A DNA stretch of 32,000 bases, from assembly GCF_000007145.1 (NCBI RefSeq), contig NC_003902.1, positions 2,456,497 through 2,488,496 of the forward strand. Direction: 5' to 3'. Of the stretch, positions 16,401 to 23,570 are shown in pieces. The notes below the pieces were generated by a model that saw nothing but the letters and a program-made list of their open reading frames with translations, searched no databases and had not been told where the DNA came from. The DNA is from Xanthomonas campestris pv. campestris str. ATCC 33913. GTDB taxonomy: Bacteria; Pseudomonadota; Gammaproteobacteria; Xanthomonadales; Xanthomonadaceae. Made by a program: the position numbers and the translations under genes. Position 1 is the first letter of the stretch, and every line of letters begins with the position of its first letter.

Positions 16401-19400
16401 CACCGAGCACCGGCAGACTCACGCAGAACTCGGCGAGCCCTGGCCGGTACGCATCACCGTGCAGCTCAACCAGGCGCTAGGCCTGCTGGCCCAGCTCAGC
16501 GAGCATCATGCGGCCCTGTCGGTTCCCTACGGCAAGACGATCGAACAGCTCGACGTCGCCCAGTTGCAGCAAATGTGGGAACAGGCCGAGCAGACGTTCT
16601 GGCCCAAGTCGTGGCTGGGCAAACGCAAGGTCACAACTCAACTGTCCAGCGCCACCACAGGCGGCTCGCAGCCTGACGTCGCCAACGATCTGCAGCATTG
16701 GAATGCCATCCGCGCCTTGCGCCAACGGATCCAGGCAATCGATCCAGGCCAGCAGTGTGCGGACGTCTGGGCAGGACTTGACACACAACAGGACAAGGTG
16801 AGCACGGCCCTGCGCTGGCAAATCGCCCTGGCTGCCGTACTCGAAGGCCAGGCCTGGGAAGACGACGGCTTCGACGCCATCGCCGGTGGCCAATGCGGAG
16901 CCACCCTGCAGGCCGATCTGCAACGGGCACGACGACTGCGCCAGCTCGACCAGGACATTGCTGCACATGCATCGCTGGAAACGGCGACCGACGGCCTATG
17001 GGCAGGCCATGCGACGCAATTCAACTGCCTGCGTGCCGCACTCGACTTCCTTAGCGACTGGCGCAGCCATGCCCAGCAAGGTGCATTGGATGCCCACACC
17101 TTGGTTGAGGAAGGCGCTTGCGGCCCCACGCTGGCACGCGACCACCAGACGCTTCGCCAGCGGGCCGATATGGAACAGGCGCTGGCTGCCCTGGACGACT
17201 TGCGCGAGTCCACCGCAGGCTTGTGGAAAGGTCTCGCGACCAACCTGGATGACCTCGAACAGGCCTGCCAGCTCCGAGAGGATCTGGCAGCCGTGCTGGC
17301 CCGCCTGGCCACTACGCCCGAACATATCTCTGCCTGCAAGGCACCGCTGCATACGTTATTGGGCGATGCCAATGCACTGCTGGAGCCAGGTGGTCGAATC
17401 GCGCTGGCCGGCGCCCGATACGTGGAAAAATGGGAACAGCTGCTACCCCGGCGCGAGGCACTCGCGACCACCGGACATTTTGCCGAGGCCGCCCAGACGC
17501 AGTGGCAGTCCATGTCACTCGACGGGCTGATCGAGCAAAGCCAGTCCATCGTGCGCGCCGAACACGGACTGCGCAGCTGGTGCGCATGGCGCCAGGCGCG
17601 CGACGAGGCGCTGGCACTGGGGCTGGCCACGCTGGTCCAGGGCATCAAGCAAGGCCAGGTCGGCCCGGACCAGGCACGCCGAACTTTCGAGGCCAACTAC
17701 GCGCGCTGGTGGCTCAACGCCGTGGTCGATCACGAGCCGGTCATCCGCGGCTTCGTCAGCGCCGAGCACGAACAGCGCATCCGCGATTTCCGCGAGCTCG
17801 ACGAGCGCTTCACCGCCCTGACCCGGGACTGGCTGCGCGCCCGCCTGTGCGCCGACCTGCCCTCGCAGGACAACGTCAGCCGCAACTCCGAATGGGGGCT
17901 GCTACGGCACGAGATGGGCAAGAAGCGTGCGCACCTGCCCTTGCGCGAACTGATGGCCCAGATTCCCGAGGCGCTGACCAAGCTCACGCCCTGCCTGCTA
18001 ATGAGTCCCCTGTCCATCGCACAGTACCTCCAGGCCGGGGCAAACGCCTTCGACCTGGTGATCTTCGACGAAGCCTCGCAGATCCCAGTCTGGGATGCGA
18101 TCGGCGCCATCGCCCGCGGCCACCAGGTCGTCATGGTCGGCGATCCCAAGCAGTTGCCGCCGACTTCCTTCTTCGACCGCGCCGAATCCGGGCTGGACGA
18201 CGAAGACGTCGAGGCCGACCTGGAGAGCATCCTCGACGAGTGCATCGGTGCTAACCTGCCGACACGGAATTTGAACTGGCACTACCGCTCCCGTCATGAA
18301 AGCCTGATCGCGTTCTCCAACCATGCCTACTACGACGGCGGACTGGTCACCTTTCCTTCCCCCGTCACCAACGATCGCGCGGTCAGCCTGCAGCCAGTCT
18401 CCGGCACTTACCAGAAAGGCGGTACACGGACCAACCCGGCCGAAGCGAAGGCGCTGGTGGCCGACGTGGTGGCGCGCCTGACGGCGCCTGGCTTCCGCGA
18501 AAGCGGGCTCACGATTGGGGTGGTCACCTTCAATGCCGAACAGCAGAAGCTGATCGAGGACCTGCTCGACGAGGCACGCCGCCAGGATCCAAGGCTGGAG
18601 CCCTATTTCGCCGAGAGCGAACTGGAACCGCTGTTCGTCAAGAACCTGGAAAGCGTACAGGGCGACGAACGCGATCTCATCTATTTCTCCATCACTTACG
18701 GTCCGGATCCCGCAGGCCAACTGGCCATGAACTTCGGTCCGCTCAACCGTCAAGGTGGCGAGCGCCGGCTCAACGTGGCCATTACACGCGCACGTCACGA
18801 ACTGCGTGTATTCGCCAGCTTCCACGCGGAGCAGATGGATTTGGCGCGAACGCAAGCAATCGGCGTGCGCGACCTCAAGCACTTCCTGGAATTCGCCGAA
18901 CGCGGTGCCCGTGCGCTGGCAGAAGCCAACTGCGGCAGCCTGGGTGGCTTCGACAGTCCCTTTGAACAGGCCGTGGCCGCAGCCCTGGCCCGGCGCGGCT
19001 GGCACGTCCAGCCGCAGATCGGCGCCTCCTCCTTCCGCATCGACCTCGGCATCGTCGATCCCGACGCGCCTGGACGCTACCTGGCAGGTGTGGAATGCGA
19101 TGGCGCCACCTACCATCGCAGCGCCACCGCACGCGACCGCGACAAACTGCGCGAGCAAGTCCTGCGCGGCCTGGGATGGGACATTGTTCGCGTCTGGTCC
19201 ACCGACTGGTGGATCGATCCGGCCGGCACGCTCGACAGACTGGATGCCCGCTTGCAAGCCGTACTCATAGCCCAGCGCGAGCAGCGCGCCGAACAGGCCG
19301 AGCGCGATGCCGAGGCCGAGAGCCTGGCGCAAGCGGCCATCGCGCAGGCCATAGCATCGGTGACGAAGCCAGACGGGGAAATGGCGCCCCCAGCTCAGGA

Positions 19401-20040
19401 CGCGGACCCGATCGCACCGGAAGTCTCGGCGACAGCTCCATCACAGCAAGTCGAGGAAGTCTTTGCTCGCCAGGTCTCCGCAGAAGCAGCCCATGCCAAT
19501 GCCGAAGAAACAACGCCACCGGAAGCCTCGCTCTATCGGATCACCGATCCCGCCGAAGCTGTGACCGGCGCCAATCCCGATCGCTTTTTCGACGGTGAGT
19601 ACAACGACATCCTGTTGACCATGATCGCCCACGTCGTCGATCACGAAGGGCCCGTGCTCGACGCCCTGCTGGCCCGCCGCATCGCCCGTGCCCACGGCTG
19701 GCTGCGTACAGGCGGACGCATCCGAGAGCGCGTTTTCCAAATCGCGCGTCCCCGCTATCGGACGACCGATGAAGAAGTCGGCACGTTCTACTGGCCCGAG
19801 CATCTGGATCCTGCGACAGAGCCTCCCTTTCGCGAGCCCGCCGACGAGGACAGCGTGCGGGCCGCTGATGAGATCAGTATCGCGGAATTGGCCTCCCTGG
19901 CTCGCGCCGTCATCGCACAGGGCACCCAAGGCGAAGGGATCTATCAAGCAATGGCGCGCAGGCTCAGGCTCCAACAGCTACGAGCAGCCAGCCGGGCACG
20001 TCTTGAAAATGTTGTGCGCTCTCTGCGTGCAGAGCCATGA
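13402..20040 (+). CDS. Giant multidomain helicase-nuclease, Hhe-like: transglutaminase-like N-domain, DUF4011-like region, Upf1-like SF1 helicase, Vsr/DUF559-like endonuclease, DUF3320-like C-terminus
   Basis: Start chosen at the ATG at 13402 (AGGGGA SD 7 nt upstream); an alternative ATG is at 13366.
- GTCFDLTLLFCAALEQAGL...EGHAFAGVWL: Cys/His papain-fold-like pair at nt 14098 and 14176.
- LLRWQRKLLDLSLRNNLLNF and GANTLYLALGFLSW: DUF4011-like.
- Walker A GPPGTGKSQT (15520-15546), DEASQ (18067-18081), VGDPKQLPPT, YRSRHESLI, QGDERD, LNVAITRAR.
- RIDLGIV...GVECDGATYH...DRDKLREQVLRGLGWDIVRVWSTDWW (18955-19215): Vsr/DUF559-type fold.
- ILLTMIAHVVDHEGPV...RIA tail. Confidence 0.85.
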   Translation: MDETQPQASAVAAELKIDVTLIAKLNLADFQNAVPLVRDLWLINETDQVHEQVELVLTSDPPFLKPRRWRIDALAAGSRYPIRDLDVNLDGGLLARLTEAETATVSLALRSVAADASNTALAQRDTHLELLPRNQWGGISHLPDLVAAFVQPNDPAVDRLLKRTAEVLRQNNRNPALDGYTGGAKRAWELASALWGATAGMQLDYALPPASFEQSGQKVRSPSQIESSGLGTCFDLTLLFCAALEQAGLNPLLVFTEGHAFAGVWLQSEEFSNTVVDDVTALRKRLRLKELVLFETTLITQRPTVPFSYATDRGAQQVDESQDAGFRLAVDIRRARLQRIKPLASAEAAVAAVSDSEATLSSPAVSVIEDAPDLPDSPPFKTEDASQLDPKDRLLRWQRKLLDLSLRNNLLNFKAGKKALKLEAPDPSTLEDLLASGQSLKLRPRPDLMDGADPRDQAIYEARERENVRRAHALEALQKREVFVGVPETELDSRLVDLFRSARTTLQEGGANTLYLALGFLSWTREDRDGQRYRAPLVLVPVSLQRKSARSGFTLSLHDDEPRFNPTLIEMLRQDFELNLGAVEGELPRDDAGLDVTAVWKAVGHAIKDIKGWEVTEDVVLSMFSFAKYLMWKDLAEHSEQLRENPVVRHLLDTPRDAYPPGAPFPQVRELDQHFDPKQVFCPLPADSSQLSAVLAASQGKDFVLIGPPGTGKSQTIANLIAQSLAQGRRVLFVSEKIAALDVVYRRLREIGLGEFCLELHSSKARKLDVLAQLQSAWSSSGQTDAEQWRAEAEKLKRLRDALNIYVERLHQRRRNGLSLFDAIGTVSAGHDIPTLPLAWLSADQHDHAGIDQLRSAVDRLEVNAQAIGHAALAQHPLALVGHRDWSPTWQQQLIAAARDVLPAAQATIESAHAFVQAIGLPSPLLTPETCEALLLLAQRLTLAAGHDWRFVLRPDARSLSQRLQEGAARVRRHAELNTLLSTPWPASVITACADGLALLTEHRQTHAELGEPWPVRITVQLNQALGLLAQLSEHHAALSVPYGKTIEQLDVAQLQQMWEQAEQTFWPKSWLGKRKVTTQLSSATTGGSQPDVANDLQHWNAIRALRQRIQAIDPGQQCADVWAGLDTQQDKVSTALRWQIALAAVLEGQAWEDDGFDAIAGGQCGATLQADLQRARRLRQLDQDIAAHASLETATDGLWAGHATQFNCLRAALDFLSDWRSHAQQGALDAHTLVEEGACGPTLARDHQTLRQRADMEQALAALDDLRESTAGLWKGLATNLDDLEQACQLREDLAAVLARLATTPEHISACKAPLHTLLGDANALLEPGGRIALAGARYVEKWEQLLPRREALATTGHFAEAAQTQWQSMSLDGLIEQSQSIVRAEHGLRSWCAWRQARDEALALGLATLVQGIKQGQVGPDQARRTFEANYARWWLNAVVDHEPVIRGFVSAEHEQRIRDFRELDERFTALTRDWLRARLCADLPSQDNVSRNSEWGLLRHEMGKKRAHLPLRELMAQIPEALTKLTPCLLMSPLSIAQYLQAGANAFDLVIFDEASQIPVWDAIGAIARGHQVVMVGDPKQLPPTSFFDRAESGLDDEDVEADLESILDECIGANLPTRNLNWHYRSRHESLIAFSNHAYYDGGLVTFPSPVTNDRAVSLQPVSGTYQKGGTRTNPAEAKALVADVVARLTAPGFRESGLTIGVVTFNAEQQKLIEDLLDEARRQDPRLEPYFAESELEPLFVKNLESVQGDERDLIYFSITYGPDPAGQLAMNFGPLNRQGGERRLNVAITRARHELRVFASFHAEQMDLARTQAIGVRDLKHFLEFAERGARALAEANCGSLGGFDSPFEQAVAAALARRGWHVQPQIGASSFRIDLGIVDPDAPGRYLAGVECDGATYHRSATARDRDKLREQVLRGLGWDIVRVWSTDWWIDPAGTLDRLDARLQAVLIAQREQRAEQAERDAEAESLAQAAIAQAIASVTKPDGEMAPPAQDADPIAPEVSATAPSQQVEEVFARQVSAEAAHANAEETTPPEASLYRITDPAEAVTGANPDRFFDGEYNDILLTMIAHVVDHEGPVLDALLARRIARAHGWLRTGGRIRERVFQIARPRYRTTDEEVGTFYWPEHLDPATEPPFREPADEDSVRAADEISIAELASLARAVIAQGTQGEGIYQAMARRLRLQQLRAASRARLENVVRSLRAEP

Positions 20041-20075
20041 CCTGAAGAGTTCGCCGACAGAACATGGAGGGAGCT

Positions 20076-21743
20076 ATGCCAAAAACCAGGCAACTCGGAC
20101 AAAAAAATGCGGCTATCACAACGACGCTTTCACTACGCCTGCTGCGTCCCGATAGGACAGTCGAGCAAGCGATCAGAGATACGAGCGCTGTGGCAGAGGT
20201 TGAGTGTGATTCTGGTCGCTTGTTTATAGCACAAGCTCCTGGAACTCCCCCCACTTGGCTCAGGGTCGTGAACCAGTTCACCAAACAGGGAGACCTGAAA
20301 CTCGAGAACAAGAGCTGTGCAGCAGTCCTATTTCTCGATATTCAGCCAGATGACAAGAGATTGCGAACTCGCACCTTTGCGCTTACGTTCGGCAGCGGTC
20401 ACCATGCCCTCGATACCGATGCATTTGTCCGAAACTTCGGCCTGAAGGTCACGCTCAACTCTGTTGCGCGGGGCGCACTAAAGAATCTTGATATCGCCAC
20501 GCTCGACAGTACGACCATTCAGAAACGCATTCAAGCAAGTAGAAAAGCCGATCTACAGGGTTTTGGAATTGATCTCCAGAACGATCTGTTGCGTCTCGCC
20601 GGTGGAGTTCCCACCGACACGTCATTTGCAAATGCGCTTGCAGGAAGAGACGCACTCACCCTAACCAGCAAGCTCTCAGCAACTGAAATTCCTGAAAAAT
20701 GCAAAACGGCGCTTAGGCTATTTGACGCCAACGATTACAAGAAAGACTATTCCTTTATTGATCAGATAATTCCCGTCCTGGACAAGAAAACACTTGCAGA
20801 TCTCGATGATATTGTCTTTAAAGAAATAAAAACCTTACTTGATGGAAAACCGTCAGACTTACACATAACTCTGCCGGAGATCATTGATCCGGAAGAGTCG
20901 AGTGACTTCGGATATTTCGGCATAGGCTTCAACTCTGGATCGAAGAAATCTTACGGCGAGCTTGCCATCGAGGACTATATTCTCGAATTACAGGCTGGAC
21001 GGCCACAAGAAATTTCTGACATAACAGAATTAAAGGCTAGCCATGAGATCCGAGTTGTAATTGACGGTCACGGAGATCGCCAGAGGCGGCGACGAGTCTA
21101 TGATTGTTTTGTGTACGAAGTGATCTACAAGAAGAAAACCTACGTGCTTTTCTCTGGAGAGTGGTATTGCATCGAAAGCAAGTTTTTCGACGCAGTGGAA
21201 AAAGACTATCAGGCGCTACTGGGGGTTTCATTCCACTTAAAAACGAAAGCCAAAAATGAGCAAGAGCTAATCTCAGAGCTCGACAAGAATAGCAACCTGC
21301 TAAATCTAGATAAAGTGAAAGCCTCGCCGTCAGGGGCAAAGGGCGCCAATCTTGAGCCTTGTGATTTCTTATCTCGCCGAAAGGAGTTTATTCACCTAAA
21401 AGACGGCCACGGCTCCGCCCCAATTAGCCATCTATGGAATCAAGGGCTCGTCTCGGCAGAAAGCTTTATTCGTGATGACGTTTTTCGAAAATCCATGCGA
21501 GACTCGGCAATCAAGCGACAAAAGGCTGCAAAAAAGTCAAAATTTGAGCTATTGCTACCCGATGGCCGTTCAAAAGTAACTTCCACGGACTACAAGGTGG
21601 TTTTTGGCATAATGCGACATCCGTACCAGCGGAGCAAACGACTCGGCCTTCCGTTTTTTAGCAAAGTGAGTCTTCGTGCCGTCGCAAGCCGGATCCAACT
21701 AATGGGCTATGCCGTGGAAGTACACCTTATTGAAAAGACATAA
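20076..21743 (+). CDS. Hypothetical 555-aa protein, low GC; possibly TIGR04141/DUF6119-type 'sporadically distributed' family
   Basis: ATG at 20076 is preceded by GGAGGGAG; an alternative ATG is at 20064. It starts 36 nt after the helicase-nuclease stop on the same strand. Lys/Asp/Phe-rich codon usage contrasts sharply with its neighbours. The C-terminal stretch EPCDFLSRRKEFIHLKDG weakly resembles a nuclease-type core. The family name is from recollection only. Confidence 0.8.
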   Translation: MPKTRQLGQKNAAITTTLSLRLLRPDRTVEQAIRDTSAVAEVECDSGRLFIAQAPGTPPTWLRVVNQFTKQGDLKLENKSCAAVLFLDIQPDDKRLRTRTFALTFGSGHHALDTDAFVRNFGLKVTLNSVARGALKNLDIATLDSTTIQKRIQASRKADLQGFGIDLQNDLLRLAGGVPTDTSFANALAGRDALTLTSKLSATEIPEKCKTALRLFDANDYKKDYSFIDQIIPVLDKKTLADLDDIVFKEIKTLLDGKPSDLHITLPEIIDPEESSDFGYFGIGFNSGSKKSYGELAIEDYILELQAGRPQEISDITELKASHEIRVVIDGHGDRQRRRRVYDCFVYEVIYKKKTYVLFSGEWYCIESKFFDAVEKDYQALLGVSFHLKTKAKNEQELISELDKNSNLLNLDKVKASPSGAKGANLEPCDFLSRRKEFIHLKDGHGSAPISHLWNQGLVSAESFIRDDVFRKSMRDSAIKRQKAAKKSKFELLLPDGRSKVTSTDYKVVFGIMRHPYQRSKRLGLPFFSKVSLRAVASRIQLMGYAVEVHLIEKT

Positions 21744-21874
21744 TAGGCATGTAAGAAACCATGGAGGTTACGCTGGAACCTACTGGAGATGGCTCCAGCA
21801 CGATCGACCCACTCGATCATCAACAGATCGCGTAAGTCCGCGTAAGTAAAGGGATTATCTGCGAGGGAATTAGC

Positions 21875-22258
21875 TCAATTGGTAATCCCCCCGCTTTTAG
21901 CGGACTCCAGAAGTGGAGTTATGCAGCCATTGCCAGTTTCATCGCTGGCGTGATGCCGCCTAGCGCCATGTTCGGGCTCATGGTTGTAAGTCCATAGCCA
22001 GCGCGTGGCTTTGTCCTGCACCTGCTCGATGGTGTCGAACAGGGTGCGGGCCAGCCAGGCGTAGCGGACCGTGCGGTTGTAACGTTCAACGTAGGCGTTC
22101 TGTTGTGGCTTGCCCGGCTGGATGTGCTCGATGCGGATGCCGTTGCGTTCCGCCCACGCCAGCAGTGCTGCGCTGATGTATTCGGGCCCGTTATCGCAGC
22201 GAATGACGCGCGGCTTGCCGCGCCACTCGATGACCTGCTCCAACGATCGGATCACCCG
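21875..22258 (-). mobile_element. IS3-family element, right-end fragment (C-terminal ~125 codons of OrfB integrase core)
   Basis: RVIRCDNGPEYISAALLAWAERNGIRIEHIQPGKPQQNAYVERYNRTVRYAWL (rve domain with the catalytic E region). The terminal sequence ...GGGGGGATTACCA ends in CA at nt 21880. The N-terminal two-thirds are absent. Confidence 0.75.
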
Positions 22259-22261
22259 GGC

Positions 22262-23111
22262 AGATGGCTACTACCACGTGTCTGACAAATACGTGGCGCT
22301 GTTCAGCCACTTCATTCCCTGTGGCGTGCACGAGGGCATCTACATCCTCGACGGCCTGTTGGCCAACACTTCCGACATCCAGCCTGAGATCGTCCATGGG
22401 GACACGCAGGCCCAAAGCTATCCGGTCTTCGGCTTGGCCCACATGCTGGGTATCCAGCTGATGCCCAGGATCCGAAACATCAAGGATCTGACGTTCTTCC
22501 GACCCGAACCGGGCAGGGCCTATAAGAACATCCAGGCGCTATTCGGGGACAACATCGACTGGCAGCTGATCGCCACCCATCTTCACGACATGCTGCGTGT
22601 GGTGATCTCCATCCGACTGGGCAAGATCACCGCGTCCTCGATCCTGCGCCGGCTTGGCACCTACAGCCGGAAGAACAAGCTGTACTTTGCTTTTCGGGAG
22701 CTGGGCAAGGCTGTTAGAACACTGTTCTTGCTGCGCTACATTGATGACAACAAGATTCGCAAAACGATTCATGCCGCGACCAACAAGAGCGAGGAGTATA
22801 ACGGCTTCGTGAAATGGGTCTTCTTTGGCAGCCAAGGGATCATTGCTGAGAACGTCCAACACGAGCAGCGCAAGATCATCAAGTACAGCCAGCTGGTGGC
22901 CAACATGATCATCCTCCACAACGTGGAGGGTATGAGCCGGACGTTGGCTGAGATGCGGAAGGAGGGGGTCGAACTGACGCCCGAGATCCTGGCCGGTCTG
23001 TCGCCTTATCGGACCAGTCACATCAATCGCTTTGGCGATTACCACCTAGATCTTGAAAGGGAAGTGGCGCCCTTGAGCTACACGGCCAAGGTCCTCGAAC
23101 AGGCCCCATAG
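22262..23111 (+). pseudogene. tnpA: Tn3-family transposase, C-terminal ~283 codons only
   Basis: Collinear with the Tn3 TnpA C-terminus: GIYILDGLL, EIVHGDTQAQSYPVFGLAHMLGIQLMPRIRN, LGKITASSILRRL, AFRELGKAVRTLFLLRYIDD, NGFVKWVFFG, QLVANMIILHNV, LSPYRTSHINRFGDYH. It abuts the truncated IS3 fragment head-on. Confidence 0.85.
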
Positions 23112-23181
23112 ATGGGGAGATTACCCACGCGATGAGAAAATAGCCTTATACGTCAGCCGCTTAGGCTAGTTCTGGCCCTGT

Positions 23182-23206
23182 ACGTAATGATTCCCTGCCG
23201 ACCCTC
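23182..23206. repeat. Solo terminal repeat of the MITE/IS family seen at 10006 and 26126
   Basis: ACGTAATGATTCCCTGCCGACCCTC. Its reverse complement GAGGGTCGGCAGGGAATCATTACGT shares GAGGGTCGGCAGGGA and ATC (18 of 19 positions, one extra A) with the TIR at 26126. Confidence 0.55.
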
Positions 23207-23296
23207 ATCTACGCAATTGCGTGGTCGACGACATCAGCGTCAAGAACGAGGCCAACGGTTTGTACTGGGACGAATGCGATGGCGGGTGGAAATGAT

Positions 23297-23331
23297 GGAC
23301 GGAATTTTCTGGGGTTCCGGCTTACACCCCC
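23297..23331 (-). repeat. Tn3-family-type terminal inverted repeat (outer GGGGG on the right, element interior to the left)
   Basis: The reverse complement reads GGGGGTGTAAGCCGGAACCCCAGAAAATTCCGTCC. It lies 186 nt beyond the tnpA stop and is the partner of 10112-10146. Confidence 0.6.
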
Positions 23332-23570
23332 GTTCTCGGCAGCCGTGAACACGCCAATCCACTCGGCATCGCCGAACACCGGGATGTTCGCGTTGTGTGT
23401 GGCGAAACCAAGATCAGACTACCGATCTGCTGCACGGCAGGCATTTCACAGATCCGGCGCCAGGCAGGCTTCGATATCGCGATTGACGACATAACTTCCG
23501 ATCACGATATAAAACTAGTTAGCGCGACAATTAAAATTAGGAGTTCTAATCCATATATAGGCGCCTGAAA

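Noticed and set aside
281-19332. Many long ORFs overlapping or antisense to the called genes: 281..1399(-), 4705..5754(-), 5987..7390(+), 7741..8952(-), 11197..12777(+), 11261..12952(-), 14878..16080(-), 16638..17696(-), 17998..19332(-), 28369..29874(+).
   Set aside because: These are typical stop-poor alternative frames of very GC-rich DNA. Their translations are Arg/Ala/Gly/Pro-rich and motif-free. Each is fully shadowed by a frame with clear family motifs.
21861-21905. tRNA-like string AGCTCAATTGGTA followed by CCGC-TTTTA-GCGG, which looked like a D-arm and an anticodon arm.
   Set aside because: There is no acceptor stem or T arm and the loop is only 5 nt. The sequence is better explained as the terminal inverted repeat region of the IS3-family fragment, whose end ...ATTACCA lies at 21880.
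10107-23336. Target-site duplication for the Tn3-type repeat pair.
   Set aside because: The flanking pentamers are CACCT (10107-10111) and GTTCT (23332-23336), which are not identical. A single clean transposition of the whole 13.2-kb unit is therefore not supported; only the repeat pair itself is reported.
23469-23500. Possible PIP box (HrpX site) upstream of xopH: TTCGA...TTCCG.
   Set aside because: The spacing is 21 nt, not 15, and the second half-site is TTCCG. This does not fit TTCGB-N15-TTCGB. No better candidate was found upstream of avrBs1, the avidin gene or the tannase gene.
23335-23500. Minus-strand peptide-like frame (…FATHNANIPVFGDAEWIGVFTAAEN) between the Tn3-type repeat and xopH.
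   Set aside because: It is short, has no start or stop context and I recognise no family. It is possibly a remnant of a disrupted gene but is unsupported.
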